The position numbers and the translations under genes are program-made. DNA of 62,961 bases, the filler included, from Thraustochytrium aureum (lineage: Eukaryota): assembly GCA_012862495.1 (NCBI GenBank). It is 6 parts of 2 records of this genome, joined end to end, with 100 filler letters (N's around TTAATTAATTAA, not from the genome) between each part and the next. Parts side by side here need not be neighbours in the genome. Positions count along the whole stretch, not along the records: positions 20,521 to 50,888 come from BLSG01000084.1; positions 50,989 to 53,397 come from BLSG01000084.1; positions 53,498 to 57,813 come from BLSG01000086.1; 3 more parts are not named here. One strand, written 5' to 3'. The first letter of the stretch is position 1; every line of letters starts with the position of its first letter. Below, piece after piece: positions 44,764 to 56,136 of this stretch. Under the pieces are notes generated by a model. That model was not told the DNA's origin and did not search any database. It saw only the letters and a program-made list of their open reading frames with translations.

Positions 44764-46860
44764 ATGCCCACAACGGCGGCGGCGGCGACGACGCCGCCGG
44801 CGGGGCAAGCCCGTCCGAGCCACCCCAGGCCCGCCTCAGCCGTGGAAATGAGCAAAACCGCTCGGTTGCGCGATGACTCGTACACCGACTGCCTCACAGA
44901 GGACAACGAGGACAGCGGGACTCCGGGGACGCTCGACAAGGCGCAGCGACGGGACGAGGTGGTCGACTTGCAGTGCCGCGTCGCGGGGCCGAGCTCAGCC
45001 CCATGCGCAAGCCAAATGGCTGTTCGCAACAAGGACAGCAGACAGTCGTTTTCGTTTTCCGGCCCAGGCCTCGGCGATCTAGATTTCGGGGACGCCGCTG
45101 CGCCTCCTACGCCCTTGGCGAACCCAGTGGCTCGCGCGGCGATGATCGAGCGCATGAAATCTTCAGTGGGCCATAGCGGATCGGGGATCTCGCCGTCGGC
45201 GCTGGCCACCGCGACGCCGTCGCCCCGTTCGGCGAGCGTGGCGCAGTCTGCGCTAGCAACGCCCGCGCCTGCGGGGTTTGGGCGGCTCGGCGCGCTGGGC
45301 GACGACTCGTTCGAGAGCTGGAAGGTCGGGCCGCGGTACAAGGTGAAGAAGATCCTCGGGCACGGCAGCTACGGCCAGGTCGCAGAGGCCATGGACCTGG
45401 ACAAGAACGTGAAGGTGGCAATCAAGTGCATCTGCAACGTGTTTGACCAGGAGGTGGACACGAAGCGCATTTTGCGCGAGGTGTACATCCTGCGGCACCT
45501 CAAGCACGACAACGTGATCAGGCTGCTGGACATCGTGACGCCGCCGGACCAGGACTTTAACGAGATTTACCTCGTCTTCGAGTACGTGGATACGGACTTG
45601 CACAAGCTGATCAACAGCCCGCAGTACCTCACCATCGACCACGTGCGCACGTTTCTGTACCAGATGCTGTGCGCGCTAAAGTACATCCACTCCTCCCTGG
45701 TGATCCACCGCGACATCAAGCCGGCCAACATTCTGCTCAACGAGGACTGCGGGCTCAAAGTGTGCGACTTTGGCCTCGCGCGGGTGGTGACCCCAAGCAG
45801 GTTTGTCGGCGACGTTGCCGTGGCGCAGGCCGCCGAGGCGGAGCGCTCGGCGCGCGCGCGGAAGAAGCGCCCGCGCCCGTCGGGGCCAGGGGGCGAGATT
45901 GGCGGGCAAAAATCGCGCTCGCGAAGCCACAGCACCGATATTGAGGACGACTCTGACGAGGAGGAGAAGAAGATGAGCGCCGCCACGAGCGAGGGCCAGG
46001 GTGCGCAAGATCGAGGCGACGAGGCGGCGGCGATGGGAGCCGGAAAGGCTGCTGCAGAGCCTGCGCGGCGGCTCACGCGGCAGCTAACCAAGCACGTCGT
46101 AACGCGTTGGTATCGGCCGCCGGAGCTGATCCTGCTGCAAGAGTATACAAATGCGGTCGACATGTGGTCTGTTGGCTGCATTTTCGCGGAGCTTCTCAGC
46201 ATGGAGCAGGGGTCGGTCAAGTCGTTCAAGGACCGAGCGCCGCTGTTCCCGGGCAAGTCGTGTTTCCCGCTCAGCGCCGACCACGACAAGACGTACAAGG
46301 ACCGGCTCGACCAGCTCAACGTCATCTTTGGGATCATTGGGACGCCCAAGGAGGCGGAGATCGCGCACCTCGGCGAAGTGCGAAGGTACCTTGCCGGGCT
46401 GCCGGCCAAGCCGCGGCGCGACTTTGCCAGGTTTTTCAGGGCTGCGCCGCCCGAGGCAATTGACTTGCTCAACAAGATGCTCGTTTTCAACCCGAAGACG
46501 CGCCTGTCAGTGGACGAGGCGATCTGCCACCCGTTTCTGAGTTCGGTGCGCGTCCCTGGGGCGGAGACGGTGGCTCCGGAGGGGCTCCTCTCCACGCTGG
46601 ACGTGGTTGAGCTCTCGCGGGACGAGCTGCGTCGCAGTTTGCTCAAGGAGATTGGCATCTACGACAAGCGCCGCAAGCGGGAAGCTGGAAACCTCGCGCC
46701 GGTGCTCGAGGTTGCCCCCCCCCCGACGGCGCCGTCGACGCTGCCGGAGGTGCCTCTGCGCCAGCGACGCCGCCGTGAGGCGCGTTCGCGCGTTGCAGAA
46801 GCGAAACTTTCAATTCAATTGAAAGGGACCCGTTCGGTCGGAAACGAGTCATGCCTGTAG
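44764..46860 (+). CDS. Atypical MAP kinase (TxH activation motif, long activation-loop insert); start uncertain
   Basis: GHGSYGQV, VAIK, KRILRE, HRDIKPANILLNEDCGLKVCDFGLAR, LTKHVVTRWYRPPE, DMWSVGCIFAELL, PLFPGKSCFPLS, DQLNVIF. Confidence 0.95.
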   Translation: MPTTAAAATTPPAGQARPSHPRPASAVEMSKTARLRDDSYTDCLTEDNEDSGTPGTLDKAQRRDEVVDLQCRVAGPSSAPCASQMAVRNKDSRQSFSFSGPGLGDLDFGDAAAPPTPLANPVARAAMIERMKSSVGHSGSGISPSALATATPSPRSASVAQSALATPAPAGFGRLGALGDDSFESWKVGPRYKVKKILGHGSYGQVAEAMDLDKNVKVAIKCICNVFDQEVDTKRILREVYILRHLKHDNVIRLLDIVTPPDQDFNEIYLVFEYVDTDLHKLINSPQYLTIDHVRTFLYQMLCALKYIHSSLVIHRDIKPANILLNEDCGLKVCDFGLARVVTPSRFVGDVAVAQAAEAERSARARKKRPRPSGPGGEIGGQKSRSRSHSTDIEDDSDEEEKKMSAATSEGQGAQDRGDEAAAMGAGKAAAEPARRLTRQLTKHVVTRWYRPPELILLQEYTNAVDMWSVGCIFAELLSMEQGSVKSFKDRAPLFPGKSCFPLSADHDKTYKDRLDQLNVIFGIIGTPKEAEIAHLGEVRRYLAGLPAKPRRDFARFFRAAPPEAIDLLNKMLVFNPKTRLSVDEAICHPFLSSVRVPGAETVAPEGLLSTLDVVELSRDELRRSLLKEIGIYDKRRKREAGNLAPVLEVAPPPTAPSTLPEVPLRQRRRREARSRVAEAKLSIQLKGTRSVGNESCL

Positions 46861-47182
46861 AGTATGATGTGTGTTGGAGGCGCGAAGCGCGGTTCATGCC
46901 AAAGCCACGAGCGCGACGAGTGTCGCGCAACGCGCGCGCGCGGACTAGGGCGAACCCGATCAGCATCGATCAAAGTTTTAAAAAAAAATCTCGAGTGCGC
47001 AACAAGATTAAGCCATTTGAGGTCCGCCTGCGCGATACTCGTTCCTGCTTGGCTGATTTATCTCAACTCTTCTCTCCGCATTCAGCACGTGCGGCTTGCG
47101 CACAGGATCGCGGTGGGTGGAGCTCGTCTTCAGAAAGAAGAGCGTGAGGCTGCAGCGCAACTAGGCGGGGACCTCTCTTTCT

Positions 47183-47712
47183 CTAGGCGTCGGCCTTGTT
47201 CGCGGCCTCTTGCTTGGCCTTGATGGGCTTGAGCAGCTCCGTGAGCTCGCCCTCCTTGTGCATTTCGGTGATAATGTCGCACCCGCCGACAAACTGGCCC
47301 GCCACGAAAAGCTGGGGGATAGTGGGCCAGTCGGAGAGCTTCTTGATGCCTTCGCGGATTTCGGGCGACGAGAGTACGTCCGCGCTGCTAAAGTCGACGC
47401 CCTCGTTCTCGAGGACCTTGACCACCTGCGAGCTAAACCCGCACCGTGGCGCAACAGGCGTCCCCTTCATGAAGAGCAGCACATCGTGCTCCTTGATCGC
47501 ATTCTCCAGGAACTCCCTCAGCTCCGCGTCATCCTCGGCGGTCACCTTGCTCTGCGAGGCAAAGTCCGGGTGCGACCCTTCGTCGCTCCCCTTGCCGCTC
47601 ATCGACCTCATCCCCCACATCGGCCGCGCCGCAGTCCCAGCCGCCGCGGCAACGCGCGCGCCCATCGCGCGCCCAAGCCCGCGCTGCGCGCCCAAGCCCA
47701 GCTGCACCGCGC
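47183..47712 (-). CDS. GRX5: Monothiol glutaredoxin (CGFS), mitochondrial Grx5-type; 5' in gap
   Basis: LFMKGTPVAPRCGFS, IREGIKKLSDWPTIPQLFVAGQFVGGCDI; presequence-like N-terminus. Confidence 0.95.
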
Positions 47713-48712
47713 NNNNNNNNNNNNNNNNNNNNNNNNNNNNNNNNNNNNNNNNNNNNNNNNNNNNNNNNNNNNNNNNNNNNNNNNNNNNNNNNNNNNNNNN
47801 NNNNNNNNNNNNNNNNNNNNNNNNNNNNNNNNNNNNNNNNNNNNNNNNNNNNNNNNNNNNNNNNNNNNNNNNNNNNNNNNNNNNNNNNNNNNNNNNNNNN
47901 NNNNNNNNNNNNNNNNNNNNNNNNNNNNNNNNNNNNNNNNNNNNNNNNNNNNNNNNNNNNNNNNNNNNNNNNNNNNNNNNNNNNNNNNNNNNNNNNNNNN
48001 NNNNNNNNNNNNNNNNNNNNNNNNNNNNNNNNNNNNNNNNNNNNNNNNNNNNNNNNNNNNNNNNNNNNNNNNNNNNNNNNNNNNNNNNNNNNNNNNNNNN
48101 NNNNNNNNNNNNNNNNNNNNNNNNNNNNNNNNNNNNNNNNNNNNNNNNNNNNNNNNNNNNNNNNNNNNNNNNNNNNNNNNNNNNNNNNNNNNNNNNNNNN
48201 NNNNNNNNNNNNNNNNNNNNNNNNNNNNNNNNNNNNNNNNNNNNNNNNNNNNNNNNNNNNNNNNNNNNNNNNNNNNNNNNNNNNNNNNNNNNNNNNNNNN
48301 NNNNNNNNNNNNNNNNNNNNNNNNNNNNNNNNNNNNNNNNNNNNNNNNNNNNNNNNNNNNNNNNNNNNNNNNNNNNNNNNNNNNNNNNNNNNNNNNNNNN
48401 NNNNNNNNNNNNNNNNNNNNNNNNNNNNNNNNNNNNNNNNNNNNNNNNNNNNNNNNNNNNNNNNNNNNNNNNNNNNNNNNNNNNNNNNNNNNNNNNNNNN
48501 NNNNNNNNNNNNNNNNNNNNNNNNNNNNNNNNNNNNNNNNNNNNNNNNNNNNNNNNNNNNNNNNNNNNNNNNNNNNNNNNNNNNNNNNNNNNNNNNNNNN
48601 NNNNNNNNNNNNNNNNNNNNNNNNNNNNNNNNNNNNNNNNNNNNNNNNNNNNNNNNNNNNNNNNNNNNNNNNNNNNNNNNNNNNNNNNNNNNNNNNNNNN
48701 NNNNNNNNNNNN

Positions 48713-49851
48713 GCGACGCAGCTCGGCGCGCTGATTCAGGCCGCGTCGCCCTGGCTGGCGGAGCGCGCCATCGTTCGCAAAATCGTCGCAATCCAGGGGG
48801 CAGCCGGGCCCAGGCAGACGCAACGCCGAGCGCGCAACGGCCGCGGCTTGTGCGATGCGTCGCCTGGCACAAGTACCGCCAGCGCGTCGTCGTAGTCTTG
48901 TCCACTGACGAGGCGCGCGTGTACGACGTTTTGAACGAAGCTTGGGACCTGCGCGTCGGAGTCGTCGACCACGAGTTCCAGGTTGGCGTCACGTGCGCAG
49001 AGTGGCAGCCCCTGAGCGGGTCCGGCCTCGCGATCGGCTGCCAGCGCGGCGTCTGTGTCTGGGCGAACGGGCTCAAGTGGATGTCGTTTCTGCCACACGA
49101 CGAGGCCGTCGCGAGCCTCTCTTGGGCGCCGAACGGGCGATACTTGGCCACTGGGTCGCAGAGCAGCGGGACACTCTCTATCTGGGACGTCGGCACGCGG
49201 CGCGCAACAAACCTGCGCCGTCTGCGCGGCTCGATCGACACGGTGCTGTGGAGCCCCAAGGGAGGCTTTGTGTACACGGGAGGCAAGTGCGGGTCGGGGT
49301 TTCGAATTTGGGAAACTCGTACGTGGGAGAGCGAGCTCTACTCTGACCTGGAGCATCCAGTGCAAGCGGCGGCGTGGGCTCCGGACGGCAAGACGTTGGT
49401 CGTGGCCTCAGGGAGCGAATCGGCCAGCGGCCCTGCCGAAGACGGCGCGAGCGTCTCCATGTATGCAATCCAGATGCCTCAAGACCCGCCCAAGCTGGGC
49501 GGTGTCTTGCTGCCGATGTCGATGGCTCTGGACGGCCCAGTTGCGGCGGGCGCTGGGCTCGGCCTCGTACCAAACACAAGGGTGCGCCAGCTCGCTTTCA
49601 ACGACTCGTACGAACGGCTCGCGATAGTGTACGAGGGCATGCCAGGGGTTGCGGTGTACGCATCTCGAGCGAGCCCTATTCTCAACCTGTTTTTCGTCGG
49701 CTATATCTGGGGCCCGCCTGGCGCGGTGCCGCGCCAGGTGGAGTTCAAGCCGCACTTTGAGCGGGGCGCGCTTTTGTGCTGCGTCTTTGAAGACCTGCAC
49801 CAGGCGGAAGGCTCGAGTAGCACAGTCCGGTTCGTGCCCATGTATTTTTGA
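48713..49851 (+). CDS. AAAS: WD40 protein, Aladin (nucleoporin AAAS)-like; 5' in gap
   Basis: VAWH..., QVGVTCAEWQPLSGSGLAIGCQRGVCVW, LSWAPNGRYL, LWSPKG, FRIWETRTW, FERGALL...VRFVPMYF. Confidence 0.8.
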
Positions 49852-50089
49852 TGTGTCGCGAAGAACGAAAGAGCATCTACCTTCGATGACTGTTTGGCGG
49901 GTTGGCTGTAGCGCGTGGCCGAGGCTGGATTGCGATGTCGCTGGTGCCGGGGCATCTGCGACGGCCCGGCCCGGCGTGATCTTGAAGCAGGACCTACCGA
50001 AGGCCCAGGCAAGGAAAGGGGGGGGGCGGGGAGGGCGGGAAGCGATCCGTTCCGTCCAGGTGCCGTGGTTTAGCCTGGGAATCTATCCC

Positions 50090-50888
50090 TCAGCGCGTGC
50101 CAAAGTAGCGGTCGCCGAACGAACCAACTCCCGGGCTAACGAATTGGTTGGTGTCCAGGCCCGGGTCGATGGCAGCCGTGATGATCCGCACCGAGGGGAA
50201 GGCCTCATGGACAGCAGTGATGCCTGCTGGGCAGCTGATCATGCTCACGACAACAATGCGCGACGGATCCACCTTGTGCTCGCCGGTGAGCACCCGCAAG
50301 GCCTGCACCATGGTGCCGCCCGTCGCGAGCATTGGGTCCATAAGGAGCACCTGGCACTCGTCCAGGTTGCGCGGCATCTTGGAGTAGAGCACCTTGCAGC
50401 CTTCCTTGCCAGGGTCTTCGTGCTTGACAAGGAGCAGCTTGCCCGTTGGCGAGCCGGGCATCGACTGCTGGAACGGACCCGTAAACGCGTCCCCGGACCG
50501 AAGGATCGAAATCCCCGCCACGGGAAACGCCGGCTCGTGGCTCGTCGCATCGCCGCCTGTCGGCGTCTGGACCACCTTGGCCGTCCACTCGAGCTCGCTA
50601 AGCGCGACCTCCATGACCAGCTGGAGTAGCCTATCCGTAAACGCTAACGAACGTCGAGTGGTTGGAGTCGCGATCGCGGATCTTGCCGAGCAGGCGCAGG
50701 ACGGGCGGCCGCAGCCCTGACTCGTCCGCGAGGCACCTCACCTTTCGTTCCTGCGTCTGGGCTGGCTCGCTCCACACCCCCGCAGCCCCTTGCGCCGCAG
50801 CGCTGCCAAGCGCGAGGATCGCAGCCGTCGCTCCGAGCGCGGCGCCGCGTCGTCGCTCGCCGCTCCCAGCAGCGCTGCCGGCCTTGCT
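50090..50888 (-). CDS. upp: Uracil phosphoribosyltransferase (frameshift near 50645; 5' truncated at linker)
   Basis: KIRDRDS..TF..FTDRLLQLVMEVAL, VQTPTG, GISILRSG, YSKMP, VLLMDPMLATGGT, PGVGSFGDRYFGT. Confidence 0.92.
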
Positions 50889-50988
50889 NNNNNNNNNNNN
50901 NNNNNNNNNNNNNNNNNNNNNNNNNNNNNNNNTTAATTAATTAANNNNNNNNNNNNNNNNNNNNNNNNNNNNNNNNNNNNNNNNNNNN
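50889..50988. other. Artificial contig-joining linker
   Basis: TTAATTAATTAA at 50933-50944 within Ns. Confidence 0.95.
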
Positions 50989-51462
50989 AGAAGGCGCGCT
51001 TGAGCTCGTTGAGCTCTTTGCGCATCTCAATCACCTCGGCGCGCAGGCTCTCGCGCTCGGCGATGTCGCTCTGCGTTGTGCGGGTCTTGCGCGTGATTTG
51101 GTGCAAGAGTGGGGGCTGTCGCGGCGGAACTTTGGGTGCGAGAACGACCAGCGGCCGTTCTCCTCGCCCGTCTTGCGGAACCCGTAAAAGTGCAGCTGTC
51201 GCACGAACGTGGTCATATTGCCTCCGTGAAAGTGCTTGCGGACCATATCGCGCTCAAACGCGTCGCTGCGCACTTCAAACTTGGTCCCGTCCTCGCTCCA
51301 CCCGCAGATCTTCTCATTCTTATCTTGCGTGATCTTCCACAGCTTGGACAGGAACGCCGTGAGCACCCCCGCGGTGGGCTTGTCTGGCACAATGCTCTTG
51401 GTCGGCGTCACATTGGCCGGCAAGGGCGGGCTCACTTCGACGACCTGGCCTTCCGCAGCCAT
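50989..51462 (-). CDS. HSF-type DNA-binding transcription factor, N-terminal part (3' truncated; frameshift near 51110)
   Basis: AFLSKLWKI, ICGWSEDGTKFEV, KHFHGGNMTTFVRQLHFYGFRK, FSHPKFRRD, then coiled coil ESLRAEVIEMRKELNELK. Confidence 0.9.
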
Positions 51463-51537
51463 GATAGACCTCGCTCCAAAAGCCCCAACCCCGCTCGAGC
51501 CAGCAGCAAGGCAGCAATCCAACCACGCAACCGCGCG

Positions 51538-51726
51538 CCTTCCTTCCTTCCTTCCTTCCTTTCTTTCTTCGCCGCCGCAATCGCCTCGATGCTCGAGTGC
51601 CTGCTGCTGCTGCTGCTGATGATGCACGCCACGATGGATTGCGGGTCTGCTCGCCTGCATTGCTCACTCACTGCTTTGCATGAATGAATGAATGAATGAG
51701 TGAGTGAGTGAATGAATGAATGAATG
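51538..51726. repeat. Microsatellite cluster (CCTT)n, (CTG)n, (TGAA/TGAG)n upstream of the HSF gene
   Basis: Read directly. Confidence 0.8.
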
Positions 51727-53397
51727 CCTCCTCCTCCTGCATCGTCGGGATCCTCCTCCCTTCGCAGCTCTTGAGCGGCGCCGCGAGCGAAAACAGCCAA
51801 TTCCGCACCGCGCGCTTCGCGGAACTAGTGAGGAGGTCGCGGGGCTGTGAGAGCGCGGTGCCGGCTCAAGACCCGCGCGGCCCTCTGTTGGCGCCGCGGG
51901 GTTTGCGCGGCGCGGTGTGAGGGGCGCCGGGAGGAGGTTGTGAGGGGAGGCGCGGCTTGTGAGACGCGGGGGAAAAATCGAGGATGAGTGGGCGGTTTGG
52001 TTTTGCAGAGAACTTTTCGGTGTTTCCTTGTGTTTCCTTTGTTCTTCCTCTGTGCGTCGAACAACTCGAACAGGGGAAGGACGCAGGCACACTCGATCGC
52101 GCGGTACAGGCGCAAGGTACGCGCGGACATTGCACGTATTCGACCGTTTAGCCGGAGTGCCGTGCCGAGGTGGCTCTCGGAACAAACGAAGGCCAACCGA
52201 CCCCCGCTCAAGTACTCCACCCCCGAATCCGTATCTAAAAGGTCAGAGGCGGACTGCGGGTTTGATAGGGGATGAGGTAAGAGTGGGGCGACATCGGAAC
52301 AAAATGAAGCGTTGGATGGACACGAACAGCACGTCACTACTCCCGCACCGAGCCTCAGTGGCTCGCGCGCAAGGTGAGAGGCGGACTGTACAAACGACAG
52401 GCGGTAAAGGTTGAGTGCCGCGCGCCCAGTGATGAGAGGGGAACAACGGAAGCTGGATCGTACAGAATCGAATCGAACGAATCGAACGCACGCACGCGCC
52501 AGGAACAGAGAGTTGTTCCTCGTGAGTCTCGTGTCTTGTCTTTCAACTTTCAAGATATTGAAACCCAAGGGAACGAACTCGCATTCTTGATCTTGATCTT
52601 TCAAGAAAGAAATCAAAATTCAAATGCTCATTGTACTCCAAGTGTGCGTTGGAGTGGGGCACATCCGCGTGTCGAGTGACTCGAGGCGCATCACAGCAGG
52701 AATGCGGCGGCGATGGCCCAGCTCGGGCCGATGCAACGCCAAGCTGTTTTCTAAAAACCAAACGATGGGGCAGGGCAAATGAAATCAATCAAAGGTCAAT
52801 GTTTATTTATCAGCCGTGGTGCAGATTGCGAAAAAGAAGCACGCGGGACATGCGAGAGCTAGCTTTGCTGGCACGGCCGAATGGGCTGGGGAAAGAAAAC
52901 GACGCGGCTGGCTTGGATGTGGCAGACCCGAACATTTCGCAGCACAGACTGGGACATAATGAAGAAAGAATCGAATCGTGGTTGGTCTACTCATTTGAGC
53001 TACTCGGAGACTTCAGGTACACTGCGCTGCGCTGCGCTGCACCAGAGGAGACGGGGTGACGCTGTAGTTGACAAATGACAGCCTTGCGGCGGTGCGTTGA
53101 CGCGAAACGTCCGCCACCCGCCACGCGCGGGACATTGTCACTGGTTCAGGTCTCTTCGCTCTTTACAACCAAAAACAATCATTCAAAAAATCAGCAAACA
53201 ACAAACAGCGGCTTGCCCTGGCCGCCCGAGGCGATGACAACGAAAGAGACCAATGTCATGCCATTGATCGCCGCGTTGCGTAACTGCATGTTCGTTGCTT
53301 TCCATAGCTTCACGAGCGTAACTTCGCCCTATGATGATTTGGGAATGACTCTTGCCAGCACAAGCCGCGAATCCTCCGTACGTGCTGCTGGGACAGT

Positions 53398-53498
53398 NNN
53401 NNNNNNNNNNNNNNNNNNNNNNNNNNNNNNNNNNNNNNNNNTTAATTAATTAANNNNNNNNNNNNNNNNNNNNNNNNNNNNNNNNNNNNNNNNNNNNC
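53398..53498. other. Artificial contig-joining linker
   Basis: TTAATTAATTAA at 53442-53453 within Ns. Confidence 0.95.
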
Positions 53499-53775
53499 CA
53501 AGCGAGGTCCTTCGCCGCACGCGCGCTTCCTCGGGCGCATCTGCGTACGTCGCGCCGATCGCGACGCTCGGTTCAGCGAGCACTGCTCCCCGCTCGACGC
53601 CGCCGCCGCTGCGCTGCGCGGCAGCAATTCCTGAGGCAGCGACGCCGACTTCGCTGCCTTTGCCCGGGGCTCGGTCGAGTGCGTCGAGCTGCTGCGCCCG
53701 GGGGCCGGGGTATCTGAACGCGAGCTTCTGCCCTTTCTGCACGTCCTCCACCACGAGAGCGATGCCGCTCAGCAT
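53499..53775 (-). CDS. NPRL3: GATOR1 subunit NPRL3/Npr3-like N-terminus (truncated at linker)
   Basis: MLSGIALVVEDVQKGQKLAFRYP matches the NPRL3 longin start (hydrophobic strand, G, LxFRYP) followed by a low-complexity loop. Confidence 0.6.
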
Positions 53776-54546
53776 GGTGTCCAAGCCGCCAGCGCCGCTC
53801 TGCTCGGGCTCTGCTCCTGTTGCTGATCAAAATCGCCCTTTCGAGGTTGGCAGGAACGCGGGCGCACCTGGTGTCCCACGCACACCGGCGCCACGTTCGC
53901 TTGTTCTGGGACGGCTCTTGACCACTCTTGACGTTCAACTTTCAAGATTGACAGGCTGCCTTCAGAACAGGGGCACGACGCTCTTGAATGGCACCGCCCC
54001 TTCTGGCGTATCCGAAACGGGCGCACGCCCCGCCACACTCGGCAACACCGCCAAGCCACCGTGACCTTGGCAAGAGAACTGGAGTTCCCAGACAAGGCGC
54101 GACAGGAGGGCAGCGGCGCCGGTGCCTGCTCAACCCCCTGCCTGCATCAACCTGCCGGCCTGCCTGCTCAGAGCCTGCCTGCTCGAGGCCTGCCTGCTCG
54201 GCTTCTGTACGGCCTGCTCGGCTTCTGTACGGCCTGCCTCGCACACGTCTTGGAACGAGTTCGCGGCCTTGGCTCCGGCGTTGTCGGGTGCGTGCGTGCA
54301 CGCACCGCATGCAAAGAAGGGGACGTGCGCCTGGGGTTTGGGGACGACAACGAGCCCCTGCATTCTGCAGCAGACCTTGAACGAGCGCCGGGGCGCCAAG
54401 GCGACCTGCAGGATTGGCCAGAGCAGCAGACCCGCTGACGGCTGCGCTCGCGCTCGGCAGAGGTCCAGAGGTCTGTCTGTCTGTCTGTCTATCTGTCTGT
54501 CTGTCTGCAAGGGGAGCGAGCAAGCGGAGCGCAGCGCGGTGGAAGG

Positions 54547-55432
54547 ATGAGGTTTTCGCTGTCGCAGTTCGAGCGCAAAAACCTCAGCGGCGAAGCCAAC
54601 GCCACGCCCAGCAAGCACGGCGCAGCGAGCGATGTGTCTGGGCTGCCAAGGACGGCGGTGTCGCCGACGCCGCAGGTGTCCACCGACGAGACCAGCGCAC
54701 AGCGCAAGCCGCGCAAGGAGAGGCGCAGAGCAACAGAGACGGGCGACGAGCTGGGCTCCAAGGTGCCAGAACGCCGCACCTCCGAGGCAGCCGAGCGGGC
54801 GGAAAGGGCAGCGCGGGCAGAGCGCCACGCGGCCNNNNNNNNNNNNNNNNNNNNNNNNNNNNNNNNNNNNNNNNNNNNNNNNNNNNNNNNNNNNNNNNNN
54901 NNNNNNNNNNNNNNNNNNNNNNNNNNNNNNNNNNNNNNNNNNNNNNNNNNNNNNNNNNNNNNNNNNNNNNNNNNNNNNNNNNNNNNNNNNNNNNNNNNNN
55001 NNNNNNNNNNNNNNNNNNNNNNNNNNNNNNNNNNNNNNNNNNNNNNNNNNNNNNNNNNNNNNNNNNNNNNNNNNNNNNNNNNNNNNNNNNNNNNNNNNNN
55101 NNNNAATGGCGCGTCGCTCGTTTCTGCGGCGCTCGGAGCGCGCCATAGTGTACACGGATGAGATGGAGCAGGAGATTGAGGCCCGCAAGAAGCAGGAGCT
55201 GGCCGAGCGGGAGCAAAAGAGGGACAACGTCGCGAGCCGCATGAAGCGCCTCGCAGGCGCCGCTGGCGTGGCACCGGGCTTTGGGACGGCAGTGCTCGGG
55301 GCGCAAATCGCGGCGATCACTCGCGGCGGGCCTCGAAACGCGGCCGGCGGGCTTCGCGTCAAGGAGGTTGCGCGGGCTGCCGACCGCTCTGCCACGCCGA
55401 CGCGGGACCATGCCAGACTTGGCCCGCTGTGA
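54547..55432 (+). CDS. Hypothetical charged/coiled-coil protein spanning a gap
   Basis: ATG at 54547 with a coding-like frame before the gap; after the gap YTDEMEQEIEARKKQELAEREQKRDNVASRMKRL to TGA 55432. Confidence 0.45.
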
Positions 55433-56136
55433 TGCGGGCCAGCCACGGCGAACAGTTTGTTGGCTTGGCTTGGCCAGGCTGCCGGCGTGCCGCGCCGACG
55501 CTGCTGACAGACTGGTGACCACGAGTCCGAGTCCGAGCTTGTAGGTACCTTGATCAACTGAGGAACAGGAACTCCATACTCCCAAAACCTCGAGCTTGCC
55601 AAACTTGCCGTGCTCTGTTGCTGTGCTGCGACCAGCGCGAAGCGTTCGTTTGAGCAGGTCTTGCGTCGTGCTCGGCGCCTCAAGAACCTGGAATACCAAA
55701 TGCATTTCTCCCGCCTGCCTCCCTCGTTTCGCCCTGCAGGGGGCAGGCGAATCTCCCTCCCTCCCTGCGCATGACATCCCAGCTGAGGCAGTCAGAACCA
55801 CAACGCTCACGGAGGAGCGCGGAGTGCCCGTCGAGGCTGCACAGAACGGCCCCGTAGCGAGCGTGCAAGGCACAGCAGCAGAGCAGCGTTGCTCCGCCCG
55901 CGTGGCTGGGCCGGCGCCGGTGCGCTGGAACACAAACGCGGTTGGGCACACACCTGGACGCGTAGTACTCTGCTCTGCTCTACACAACAACCACTCGAGC
56001 TGACGCTGGGCGAGCGTGCAGGCGGACCCGACTGGTGCTCGAGAGGAGCTGGCTGCTAACTGAGGTGCGGGCTGGTCGCCGCGTGCTGAAGCAGCGCCTC
56101 GTGGCGCGCAGCGCTCGAGTATTGGGAGGAGAGAGA

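Noticed and set aside
51800..53397. ncRNA or gene in the lower-GC stretch upstream of HSF
   Set aside because: No tRNA, rRNA or snRNA signature and no convincing ORF could be identified by eye.
20632..53775. CASTOR-like ACT protein plus NPRL3 as a linked TORC1 nutrient-sensing locus
   Set aside because: They lie on different segments, and the ACT protein looks closer to aspartokinase ACTs than to CASTOR.
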